Shown here piece by piece: positions 25,628 through 37,176 of a DNA stretch of 64,000 nucleotides. The stretch lies in contig JADEYG010000012.1 of NCBI GenBank assembly GCA_016906335.1, positions 682,001 through 746,000 of the forward strand. The letters are read 5' to 3'. Origin of the DNA: Novakomyces olei (lineage: Eukaryota). The translations under genes were made by a program, and so were the position numbers. The notes under the pieces are model-generated. The model did not search any database and was not told the origin of the DNA. It saw nothing but the letters and a program-made list of their open reading frames with translations. How positions within the stretch are numbered: position 1 is the stretch's first letter; each line of letters starts with the position of its first letter.

Positions 25628-26576
25628 ATGGAAGGGGATTCGTTTGACCACGTGGCACGCAAAGCCATGTCAACATGGCAAGCAAGCAAATCGCTGCTTG
25701 GCTCTGTGCGAGAGCAGATCTCACACTCTCTGAGCGATATCTCACAGTCAGATCAGCATGAACCGCCACGACGCCAAGCGCGTCATAGTGTGGAGAACAT
25801 CCATGAGAATGATAGCATTGAGCTCGAGGGCGGTGGCCGCGCCACAATTCTGACAGTTGCAGCGGCAGAGGAAGTGCGGCGGCTGCTGCCGACACGATTA
25901 GTGCTGCAGACTAACTGGAAGCTTATCTACAGCCTCGACCGCGATGGCGTCTCTTTGGCAACATTGTATGATCAGTGCTTAAAGCACCGTGGACACAGGG
26001 GGACTCGTGCCGGTTTTGTGCTCGTTGTAAAGACAAGACTTGGATCTGTAAGGCTTTTGTTTTCCCTCACTGACTTTAGGTGTTTGGCGGCTTTTCTAAC
26101 GAGTACTTTCACCCGAGTCTGCATTACTACGGCAACGGCGAATGGTAACCCATCTGTTTTTCTTTCTTTCTGCCTAGATTCTGGGCTTTTTGTTTTCTAA
26201 TTTCTTAGTCTCTTGCCTTTACATTTTCTTGCATTTTCATTACTGCTTTTGCCGGGTTTAATTTGTCTCGATATTGTTTACTCTGGCGCTCACTTGACTG
26301 TGCCCTTTCCTTGTGCTCACCGTCAGTTTCTTATGGAAATGCACTGGCCCACGTTTTCAAGGCTTCCCTTACACCGGCTTGAATGATTTTATGGTATTTT
26401 GTTCACACGAGTTTCTGTCTATTGGCGGCGGCGACGGCAAATTTGGGCTATGGCTCGATTCCAGCCTGGAATCAGGCACATCTAGTACTTGCCCAGCGTT
26501 CGGCAATGAGCCTCTTGCGTCAGAGCCTGACCGAAAGTTTGATATCGTTGGCGTTGAGGTTTGGTTAATATCGTAA
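25628..26576 (+). CDS. OXR1: TLDc-domain oxidation resistance protein, 2 introns
   Basis: Motifs WKLIYSLDRDGVSLATLY, VFGGFSNE, YYGNGEC, FLSIGGGDGKFGLWLD and CPAFGNEPL. Confidence 0.92.
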
Positions 26577-26744
26577 TGAGCACAGGCATGGAAAATAAAT
26601 ACAATCGTGTTTTGCCACAAAGTTTTGCACAGACTATTTAAACAGCTGCCTATACGACATTGCATCACTGTTTGACCAGTTTATTTATTCAAGGGTCACT
26701 ATAATAATAATAATGTCTTTTTATTTTTGTCACTGTCTTGTCTC

Positions 26745-29700
26745 TCATCGGATCAATCGCCGTCCCGTAGCTGGAGCGCCAAGCCGGGCAACATGGCAAA
26801 TGTGGCAGATCGTATCGCGGAAGCTTGGCTTGTGAACAGCCTTGCAAAAGACACAGACCACGCGCTCAGAGCCCTTGTATATCGGCGTTCTGCTTCCAGC
26901 GCAAATATCAAAGTCAGCGTATATATCGAAATCTATTTCATGCGCATTGTTGGGATTCCTGTCGGCCGCGGTCAGGATTTTGCGTGCCTGAGTTGTTAGT
27001 TTGATACATGTCTTTATGAAATAAATGAATAGTAGAGAATAAATGTGATTCAAAGGTATCATCAATAAATTTAAATTCAAAATTTAAATTCAAAATACAA
27101 CTTTAAAATTATGAATAGAAAACAAAAACAAAAACCAATAAACAGGAGAAGGGAATATCAATATAGTATACAACTGTACACATAAAATCCTTCATGGTAG
27201 CTTACATTATCCGCAGTAGGTCCGGTGCTCTGTATGGACAAAAGCTTGCTCGCCAGTGCTGAGGCAGTAGCAAAATTCTGTGCCTTGAAGGCCACATTCA
27301 TTGCCTGCCGCAGAGCGAGTAACTGGTGCGTAGTTTGTAATTTTGAGGCGGCAAAGTAGCAAGCTAATTCAATTGCCCTCTTTTCCTCGCCCGTCGCTGG
27401 CAGCCGTGTTCTTTCCTGCTCACACAAGAGAGCTACAATGTAGTTTGTGCAAAGCGCAACCAGGCTCTCTACCTCTTGAGCCTGCGACTCGTTGGCTGCC
27501 GCGCTCAGTGCCAGAGTGTACAGGATACCGGTAAAGCATTCGATCGCCTCTGCCAGCTTGTACTTTTTAACGAGCCTGTAGGCCTCCTGCAAATCCGTGC
27601 CACTCACCACATCGACGCTTCTGCTAATGAGAGGCAGCAGTTCTATACTGCTGCTGACGGTGGCAGCACTGTTTACATAGAATGGGAGTGAGGGCAGCAA
27701 TGGGCCAGTGGGCAGGAAAGCACGAGAAGACTCGTACAGCTCCATAAACCTCGGCTTCAGCGGTGCAAAATTAACTACGCCCAATTGCCGCTGTAGCAAT
27801 TGCATAGCAGTTTCAAAAGAACCAGCTGCCACATGGTGAGCAGGCACAGAAGAGTTACGGGTCCAGTACTCTGCCTCGGGGACACCGCTGCCTGATACTG
27901 CTGCAGGCTCTTGCTCGCTGCCTGCCTGTGGAGCGTCAGTAAAGCCCTCAATCTCGATATCATCCTGTCCCCATCCGTCTTCTTCCTCCTCCGCCTCCGA
28001 TGCTCCTTCGCCATCCGGAGCCTCCTCATCGTGTGGAAACCCGTTCTCTCCCAAACTGCCTCCCTCTGGTTTGGACACTGACCCATTAACGTCGATCAAA
28101 TTGCCCATTGCCCCGTCTCCAGCAATGTCGAGATTGTCCATTTGTGCGACGAGAGCACGCTCAAACGCTGTACGCTCTGAAGACCTGATGGGAACTGCCT
28201 TGGTGCACGTTTCATTCACTGGCCGCAATGGCTTGAAGGGCAGTTTGCCGCCCTGTGCGTCCTTGGGCAGTTTGATTGCATCCTCTGCGATATTACAGGC
28301 TTCCCTGCAGGCCGCTGCTTCGTCTTGTAGCCCATTCGCCTTCGCCAGAGCGTAAGCCAGTGGGTACAAGTCGTACTCTTTGAGCAGCTTGATCCTAGCA
28401 GAAACGTCACCGAGGTACAAGCTGTTTTGCAATACACTAACTCCATCGTCCCTGTGCTCTGCAATCTTGGCCATTCGTAGCAACTTCTCCCGGTCACCAG
28501 TAACGAGATAGAGGAAACTGAGGCGGTCAAAGCTCTTTAGTTTCTGGTAGCAAACTTCTGCAGTTTTATGGTCGGCCTGTTGCAGAGCCGCTGCGGCCAG
28601 ACGCGTCCAAACCTCGGGCCGGTCAACGTCCCGTGCCGTTTCCAACGCGACTGTAATATTGCCACACTCAACAGCCAGCTCGAACCGCGTCATTGGATCC
28701 TGCACAAAGTTGAGAGCTATTTCAGGGTAGCCTTTTTGCTGCAAATAGGCTATAATGCTCTGGCCCACCAGGTTACTGCTCCGTATTATACGCAGCATCT
28801 CTGAATGCTTGCCCCGGAGTAGAGCCAGTTTGAAACGGTACTCTGTCGGATCAATAGAGATAACCCTGGCCTGTGATTTACGGTCCAGCGCAATTGCAGA
28901 AAGGCCTTTCACCCTGACCAAGTACAATGGTGAGGGGGCCGTTCTAATGATACCAGTATCCCCGTTTTGCAATGCGAATTTTATATGGTTCAGGGTCGTG
29001 TAAATCAGGACGCCCAAATCGTCCCATGCCGCAGACTTGACCCTGATCGTTTCATGCCACTGGGCAGTTTGTACAAGGTCCCTGGTCGCCAGAGTAATGT
29101 AATGCTTGCCCAGCAGTGCCACGTGCGACATGTCCTGAGACCAGGCGGCGTACCTCACTGCTTGGACGGCTAGCTCACTCAGCGTTTCACGCTTTGCAAT
29201 ATCCAATAGTAGCACTTTTGCCTTTGTTGCTACCAGCAAAGTGCCCGGCCGAGAGGCGAATATTGTACGTGTGCCCTCCGGAGCTTTAATGCTCCGAATG
29301 GTCGAGTTTGTCAAATCTTTAATCTCTATCGTCTGCGCATCCTGGGCGAGAACAGCGAACCGGTTACGCGCAACCCAAACTGCGGCCAGGCCTTCACCAC
29401 GTTTGCCCTCTCCGCTCGAATCAACAATGCCCTGGCCGTCACGTGGCAGTGCAACGAGCTCATAGAGGCCACCATCGGCCACAGTAGTGGCTATTATAGA
29501 TCTTTCTGCTGGGTTATAGGCCAGTGTACGGATAGGAGTCCACTGACTGCCCAGCTTTTTCAGTGATACGAGTTTAGTACTGCCGCTTGTCTCCCCGGCA
29601 CTCGTATCCAGATCAATCATGTGCACTTGCTTGTCCTCCAACACCCAAAACAGTGTGCTCTGGTGCAGAGCATACGCTGGTCTTTCACGATTCAGTTTAA

Positions 29701-30934
29701 AGACCATTACTCCGCCATCATGACCAGCGGCGAACAGGTTTATCGTTGGATGAGCGGCAATAATCCAAAAACGTTCAGATTCGCGCTTGAAGTTTTGCAC
29801 TCCCACACGTTTATTCAAGTCCCAGACACGAAGCGTCTTGTCCTCGGACACGGACAGAATAAGATCCTGACGAGGGTCAAAGATGGCAGCGGAAACGTTG
29901 TTGTAATGGCCCCGGCAAACGTCTACTTCCCAAGCCTTGTTGCCATTGATCCGCCATAGTCGTACTACTCGATCGTCTCCAGCAGAGACAATAAGCGGCA
30001 GAGTTGGGTGGAAAGCGACCCAATTGACTCCGCGCTCATGTCCCTCGAGAACGAATTTGACTACGCCATCAGTATTGCCAAACATGTCTTGCTGAGTACT
30101 GCTGCCACCCGCACCGCTGCCCATACTGCTCGATCGAGCTGCCAATTGGTCTTCAAAGGAAAGCGTGGAGGGGGCTGCATGTTTCTTCCTCAGCCCAGAA
30201 ATGTCCCATATGCGGACCGTCTGGTCCAGTGAGGCAGAGGCCACCAAATCTTCCCTTGGATGGAAAGTTGCACACATCACATAATGGTTATGGCCCGTGA
30301 GAATACCAATGTTCTGCCGCGATTGCCAGTTCCAGATACGGATGGTCTGGTCGTCCGAACACGACAGGATCCATGGATGCTCGTGGTGGAAGGAAACCGT
30401 CCGCACATAGTCAAGATGGCCATTCAGTGTGAAAAGGCACTTCTTGCTCTTGTAGTTCCATACTTTGATCTTGTAATCGTCTCCACCACTCACAAAGAGA
30501 GGCTGTGTAGGGTGGAACGCAACCGACCGAACAGGGCCTGCGTTTGTTAGCATTGTACCTTTTAGCGCTTATTGATGTTATTCTTGTACAAGGCAGAGAG
30601 CCGATTGGCTGGCCAACGATCTCAAAAAGTATGTTGCCTGCTCGGCAGTTTCAAGTTGACCGCCTCTGCAGTCTGCTCTGTTCTTTCTCGGGTTTTTACA
30701 TTAATTTACATTAATTTATTTTTCTATTTTTTTATTTTTTTTTCTGCAGTCCGAGTAATCCCCTTGTGACCTACCGTTATGCTCTTCATACCGCTCCATG
30801 AGCGAACCCATCCGGAAATCCCACAATTGGATCGTGCCATTGTGTAGCGACACAAGAAGCCACGGCTTGATTGGATGGAAGGCGACGCCCTTGACGCGCG
30901 ACGTCTTGGACTCGAACTTTGTAAGCATCTGCAT
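26745..30934 (-). CDS. COP1: Coatomer alpha subunit, 2 introns
   Basis: N-terminus [23 protein letters not shown]40 repeats and [20 protein letters not shown]. The C-terminus carries the cysteine-rich FDICA...C..C region. Confidence 0.97.
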
Positions 30935-32047
30935 ACTTTTCCGTCGTGTCCCAAGGCCGGGAGGGTTAAAAAAAAGGCGTGTGTCACTAAACGGCCGCTG
31001 CCTTTAAGGATCACGTTAGAAAAGAGTTTAAGAACTCAGACGCGCTTACAATTACTTCACTCGTGCGGCCTCGATAGATCACGCTTCTGCCTCTCCGTCT
31101 CTGTTTCTTTTTCCAAATATATAAAACTATATATATACGTGTGCGTGTGGCTCCCGTTCTCTGTATGCGTGTCCCATTATACTCGCACTCTGCGTGTCGA
31201 GGCAGGGTTTTCTATAGAAGCCGGTCAAAGTAGCCACGAGATTTTTATATGAGGAAACAGCTGTATATAACAACTGCGGATTTAGCAGGATTCTACCCTT
31301 TATTTATGCCTATGTATAAATATAATATCTATATATTAGAGATACGAGGTGGAAGCAGCTGCCTCATATCGCGAATCGGACGCGGCCGGGACTGGAAAAA
31401 GCCAGCAAATTTTTTAGGCATCGTTCCCGGCTCCAGATTGATATCTGCTTTCTGGCTATACACAGTTAGTGGATTGGCCATGATCAATTGCTCTGACTTG
31501 CAAGCCGACACGAACGTATTCGCCAGAGACTCTCTTTAAAAGACTAGTTGTTACGTCAGTTGCGCTGGTGCGATTTGGGATTCCGTAAGTGGAACTGTGT
31601 GGAACTGTGCGGATCTCTTTGTTTAGTGGACATTGTGCTGGTTTGCATTGTAGTTGGTGCGATTTCTTGCCAAGACGAGAGCTGAGCTATTAGTCAGCCA
31701 GGTACATTTGCTTTTGACATTTACAGTGCCTCTGGCAATCCGGTTGTCATACCCGGCACACAAGCAGCCGCTGCCGTTGGTGAGGCGGTCGTTGGGGGAA
31801 AGCTTATATCCGCTCTCCTAGATCCACCAAATATTCTGAGACCAGAACGGTCTGAAATTGAATGATATTTTGTTAATTTTCAATCGTTTCACACAAACCT
31901 GGAATCTTACAGAGATAAATCGGCCTTGACGCTGACCGTTTACAATATTCTCAAAAGCCTTTTTGCTGTTGCATCGTCGCCATTGACCTTATTTGCTACC
32001 CATATATATCGATTTCCTACTGTTACAAGCTAGCAGCATGCTGCCCG

Positions 32048-32446
32048 ATGCTTGTCGACATGAGCAACGCTGAATCGTCAGATTTAAATAGCAACGCTGC
32101 CGATCGCGATAGTGTCTGGCCCGGACATCGCATGCAAATGTCTGTTGAACTACAAACCTCGGTCACTGTATCCGATATTGGCGATACTGCCGCAGAGGGA
32201 ATCGAGACTTCGCATTCGTATGTGGTCGAATCTCCTGGTCAAACGTGCCCGCTCGTTGTCCGCGAGCCGAAAGCACCTTCTTTGTCGACAGATTTTGGTT
32301 TGCTTGAGATGCCTTTACAAACGATTGTAGAAGAGCACATACGTCGCCGGAAACGACGGCTTTCACGTGCCTCTGCGTACAATAGCGGCGGTGGTAAGCG
32401 CATGGCTAGCCAATCTCAGGCTATACTCGATCAGCCGGGAGATTAG
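32048..32446 (+). CDS. Hypothetical 132-aa orphan protein; gene structure uncertain
   Basis: ATG-started ORF with coding-like GC content and a basic RRRKRR cluster. No family was recognised. Confidence 0.35.
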   Translation: MLVDMSNAESSDLNSNAADRDSVWPGHRMQMSVELQTSVTVSDIGDTAAEGIETSHSYVVESPGQTCPLVVREPKAPSLSTDFGLLEMPLQTIVEEHIRRRKRRLSRASAYNSGGGKRMASQSQAILDQPGD

Positions 32447-32614
32447 TCAAAATCGAATGGGCAAGATGCTACGTTTATGTTTGGACTTTTGTGCGTTGCA
32501 AAGGTACAACTGGCATTTTTCTGCAAACGAGCCAGACGAGCCAAACGAGAATTTTGTGATACGTTTGACTCACTATTGCTGCATATTTTGACATTGTTAT
32601 TCACGAAACCCAAA

Positions 32615-32781
32615 TATAACCAATAAACATAGCCAATAAATATAGCCAATAAATAATATAGCCAATAAATATTTAGCCAATAAATAATATAGCCAATAAA
32701 TAATATAGCCAATAAATAATATAGCCAATAAATAATATAGCCAATAAATAATATAGCCAATAAATAATATATAGCCAATAA
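32615..32781. repeat. Approximately 16-bp minisatellite (AATAAATAATATAGCC) carrying 11 CCAAT pentamers
   Basis: Counted directly. It ends about 130 bp upstream of the NDUFS6 ATG. Confidence 0.93.
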
Positions 32782-32909
32782 TTGTGCAGCATAAAAGAGC
32801 GCTACACATACAGTACGTTTTGACTAGGCAAACCGTATGTATTACTTCTTGATATAGTGCACACTCGCAGTAAAACTACAGACCATTGGCCAAAGGCAAT
32901 TTACAAACA

Positions 32910-33586
32910 ATGCTTCGCCAATTCCTAAGCCGGCCGATTGTCTCGAAGCCTCGGCTTCTCTCTTCGTCGCCCGGCCGGGCTTTACAGGTGGCCACCTACG
33001 CCACTAAAAACCCTGCCCGTGAAGGCTGGTCGTCCAACATTGAGCATCCTTCGGATGTGCCATTGACCGAAGGTGCCTTGGAAGAAGCCAAGGAGTATGG
33101 TGAAATTACAGCCAATCAGGCACCAAACCGTGCAGTCACCTGGTCGACTCACCAGCGGTCCCGCCGGGACGCGATGTCCGGTCCCCGGTTTGAGCAAACG
33201 GATCTGGAATTGCAACCCAATCCTCAAGCGGCTATCGAGCTGATCGCTCAGGTACCGCCTGTACACGCTGATACACACATTGTGTCCTGCGATGGCGGCA
33301 AGGGACCGCTCGGACACCCAAAGGTTTTTATCAATTTGGATAAAAACGAGCCTAAAGGATGCCCTTACTGTGGTATGCCGGTTTGCTTTTGTTTCTGCCC
33401 CTTCTTTTTTTCCTCGTATTCAATGGACTTTTTAACAGTTTGATTTTCTCTTGGTTTATTTTGACACTGACAATGATGGTTTTGTTTGAGGCTCTTTTTT
33501 TTTCCTTGAAATTTCGACTCAAAACTAACAGCACAGGTATACGATTCATCTTTGAAGGCCACGGGCATCATCATCAGGAAGGGTAG
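32910..33586 (+). CDS. NDUFS6: NADH:ubiquinone oxidoreductase zinc-finger subunit (NDUFS6/NUMM), 1 intron
   Basis: Arg/Ser-rich presequence, QAPNR..TWS..Q..R, GPRFEQTD, CDGGKGPLGHPKVFINLD and CPYC|GIRF. Confidence 0.92.
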
Positions 33587-34289
33587 ACTAGATGGGTTGT
33601 TCGTACTATGCAGTAAATAGAGCATTTCCCCAGTGGAGCTAAACATATAATTGCCACAATTAATACGTCTAAAGATAGAAAGTTTTATACAATGCTCGTT
33701 TACAGCACCAGTCGGGTCGCGTTCCTACGGAAAAGGGAAACTGATCTTGCTAATTGGAAGGGAATTGTCGCTGTACCTGTTTCTGCGGGCATACCTAAGC
33801 ATGTAGCACTGGGCCTGGTGGCTCAAGTACGTGAAAACAGTCTGTTGTATTCGTCATCGGCCACGTAGCACTAGACTAGCCGGTCGTCTAATTTAGATTG
33901 CGCGCTATATTAATCTACTATGCCAATGACGATATTAGACACTGTGCCTAACTTTATATCTTACCTTTTACCAAACGGGAATCGATGATTTGAGCAGAAA
34001 TGCTCTAAACTGGTCTCGATACCATAATCTAGTTTACTCTAGCGATTGTGTAATGGGATAATAGGTCTTCGGCAGTTGGCTTTCGACTAAAACATTCATA
34101 ATAGCAATCACTGCAAACAGTTACCAACTACTGCATGGAACCGAAGTTACAGTTTAACGGCAAACAGTAACGCTAGGCGTAATTAGTCGTTATAAACTAT
34201 GGCGATAGTTTAAGGAAATCACGACATGAAAGCCCAGAATAACATTCAATCGTACTAAAAAAAACACAAAAAAAAACCCTCTAATGCCG

Positions 34290-37176
34290 CTATTCGTGTG
34301 CCGCTTCGTTTATACCGAGGTACCCCACTTCTTCAATTCCTGCCAATACACCAAGAGTGTCGATAACTTCTGCGGGCGAGAGCAGATGGCTCGTTGCCTG
34401 AGTCATTTTGCTACTCGGCCCAACAGTCACGGGAAACGCGTTCTCCTGAACAACGAGCGGATGATGGCGGATAACCCTAAACATATCCTCATCCGTTTTG
34501 TCGTCTCCTGCACAAAATACAAAATTACACACGCCTTCGCGCTCTATAAGTTTTCTAATTATTTCGCCCTTGTTAATACTCGACGGCCGTACTTCCAGAT
34601 TCGCCTTGCCCGCTATAACTTCAACATCATAATTCGGCACAACCGTATTCTCTAAATGAGCCTGGCACTCCAGCGCCTGGAAGGCTCCATACTCTGGGTC
34701 TGCTTTTCTATAGTGCCAAGTAATCGCACACTTCTTTTCCTCGATGAAGGAGCCCTGTGTGCGTTCCGTAAAGTACTGGAAGATACGTCGAACATCATCA
34801 CGCCAGCCCATTTCAAGCTTCTCCGCTAGATTGACCCATTTGTCTGACCGTGGTTCACGGTAAAAACTGCCGTGTTCGGCAGATAAGCCCAGGTTCGTTA
34901 TACTGCCCATCCAGTGCTCTAAAAACGCTTGATCTCTGCCTGAAATAATCCACACTTCGTTCCTTGGATCTGCTCCCAGACGTTTCAAGGCTCGCAACAT
35001 ACGATCAGTCGGGATAGCCGCTGAGGGCTCGGACACAATAGGGGTCAAAGTGCCATCATAATCGAGTGCAATGAGACGTTTGCCCTGTTTACGGTAGGCC
35101 CTTAGCAGTCGATGCCGATCTAATAGCGGAGTAAGCTGATTCGAATCGTGAGTTGCCAGTGTCTTTAGCAGCGTTCGAACAACAGAAGAGATCCAGACTT
35201 GCAGTGACCGGTGAACAGCTTGATTGTACTGGTTTTCATGTGCCTGTTTCTTTTGCTCTTCACTCATTTTCAAAGCATCATTAATAGCAGAGGCTACCCC
35301 CCTGCTGTCCCACGGATTAATCTGTACCGTGTCCAGCATTGCCCCGCTAGTACCCGTAAACTCTGACAGTATAATTGCACCAGGACTCTGATTTGCATGC
35401 TGGCAGGCCACGTACTCTAGTGCTGTAATGTTAATGCCGTCCCTCACAGATGTAATCACGCAAAGATCGCCCGCCCTTAACAGGGCTAAATATTCGGATT
35501 TTTCCAAGTGCTGATGGAAATGGTGGATAGGAACAAAATCCAAATCACCAAACTCGCCATTAATTTCTCCAATTAGCTCTTCGCACTGTGACTGCACTTT
35601 TGAGGTATCATAATGTGCAGAGCTCGTGACCTGAATCAAAATGACACGGTGCCGCCATTCGGGGTAAAGTTGAAAAAGGCGTTTTATGCCTCGAAGCTTT
35701 TGCAACACGCCTCTCACATCATCCAGCCGTTCTCTACCAACAATAATTTTGTAACCGCGGTACATTTCTCTGATTAGTTTTGCCTTTTCAACTACATCTG
35801 AAGCACAGGCTTCCCTGTACACGCCCTCTGTATCAATGCCAATGGCAAATGTGTCCAATGCAACATGAGCGCCATAAAAATCTATGCCTGTAGGTGTGGA
35901 TTCGAAGCCAAGAATACGCGTACAGGACGACAAGAAATGGCGCTCGTAAGCGTAACTCTGAAAGCCAATCATGTTGGCGCCCAACATCCCTACGAGTATC
36001 TCTTTCCGTTCTATTTGAGGATTAGCAAAGATCACATGACACAGTTCATACTTGGAAGACACCGGAATATTTCGGAAGACGGGAAGGGCGAGTGCAAAAA
36101 GAAGCCAATATTTGCATTGTTCATTTTCTGTCTCAATAATTGTGGCAGCAGCAACAGACTATAGTCGTGAATGAGAACTAGCGCAGTTAGTACCAAAGTC
36201 TCAAAGTTTACGCTTACCAACATCCCCTGGCTTGTAAATTTGCAATATTTTCTCCATGTAGCATTGGTTTAGTCTGATATAATCCAGCCACCATGACCGC
36301 GTGTGTGTCTCTACGTCCATGCTCGAGTCCAGAACGTAATGCAAGCATTTCCAAATCACTGTATGTCAGATATGAACCGAAATTCGAATAAGCCCTACCA
36401 TTCTCTGCGTAGAGAGTAACAGCGTTCTGCTGCTGAACAGTCTCAAGTACTGTCGATTCCTTATCCTGCGAGTCTGGCGCCAGAGTCCAGACAGGCACAT
36501 ACTCCACTTTTGAGGAGATATTCTGCCCTTTCACACAAGTATTGACAAGGCTTTCGTACTCCTTTTGCTCATGAGTAGATAGACGCGTTCCAGGATCCCC
36601 ATGTAACATATTACCAATGATTTTGCCTTTATCGTCCAGCAAAGGCCTAGATTGTTCTACATGTGTCTTTACTGGGCCCGTCCATCCCACCACTTTGACT
36701 TGCCAATCCGTCTGTGCCAAAAAATTAATTGACCCGTAAAGTGTACTCTGCCCTGCACGTTCCGTAATGTTCTGAAAAAATAGTTAGAAAAGTGAACACA
36801 GAGAAATACACAAACAAGGATGTAAAAGGGCGCAAAAAAAACCAAATTTACGTACCCATGAACGGCTTTCATCACAGATCTCTCCATAAAATGGTAGCAA
36901 GGGAACCGCACAAATTATACGGCCCGAGAGCTGTAGCCAGGGTGCCGCGTCACGTGGACTCGTTTCCGTATTGCCGTCCTGCTCCGGATCATTCAAAAGA
37001 TCGTGGGCATAAGTACTGGACCTCCGTGATACTTTTCGGGTAGCGTGGTCTCTGAAAGAAGACGCGTCATTGCCTTCGTGCTGAACAGATCCTCCGTCAG
37101 GTACAATTTGGCTATCGTCCTCCTCGTCGATCACGCTGTCGTCTGGTCGTCCGTCCAGGCCGGGAGAAATTGTCAT
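34290..37176 (-). CDS. TPS2: Trehalose-6-phosphate phosphatase (TPS/TPP complex), about 4 introns
   Basis: GT20-like domain (IHDYSLLLLP, GFFLHSPFPSSEIFRCL) plus HAD motifs LDYDGTLTPIV, IISGRD, GLSAEHG and CAGDDKTDEDMF. Confidence 0.95.

Noticed and set aside
32615..32781. CRISPR-like array
   Set aside because: There are no unique spacers or cas genes, and the context is eukaryotic.
33955..33985. U5 snRNA loop-like CCTTTTACCA
   Set aside because: It lacks the invariant GCCTTTTAC, and the flanks do not pair into a stem.
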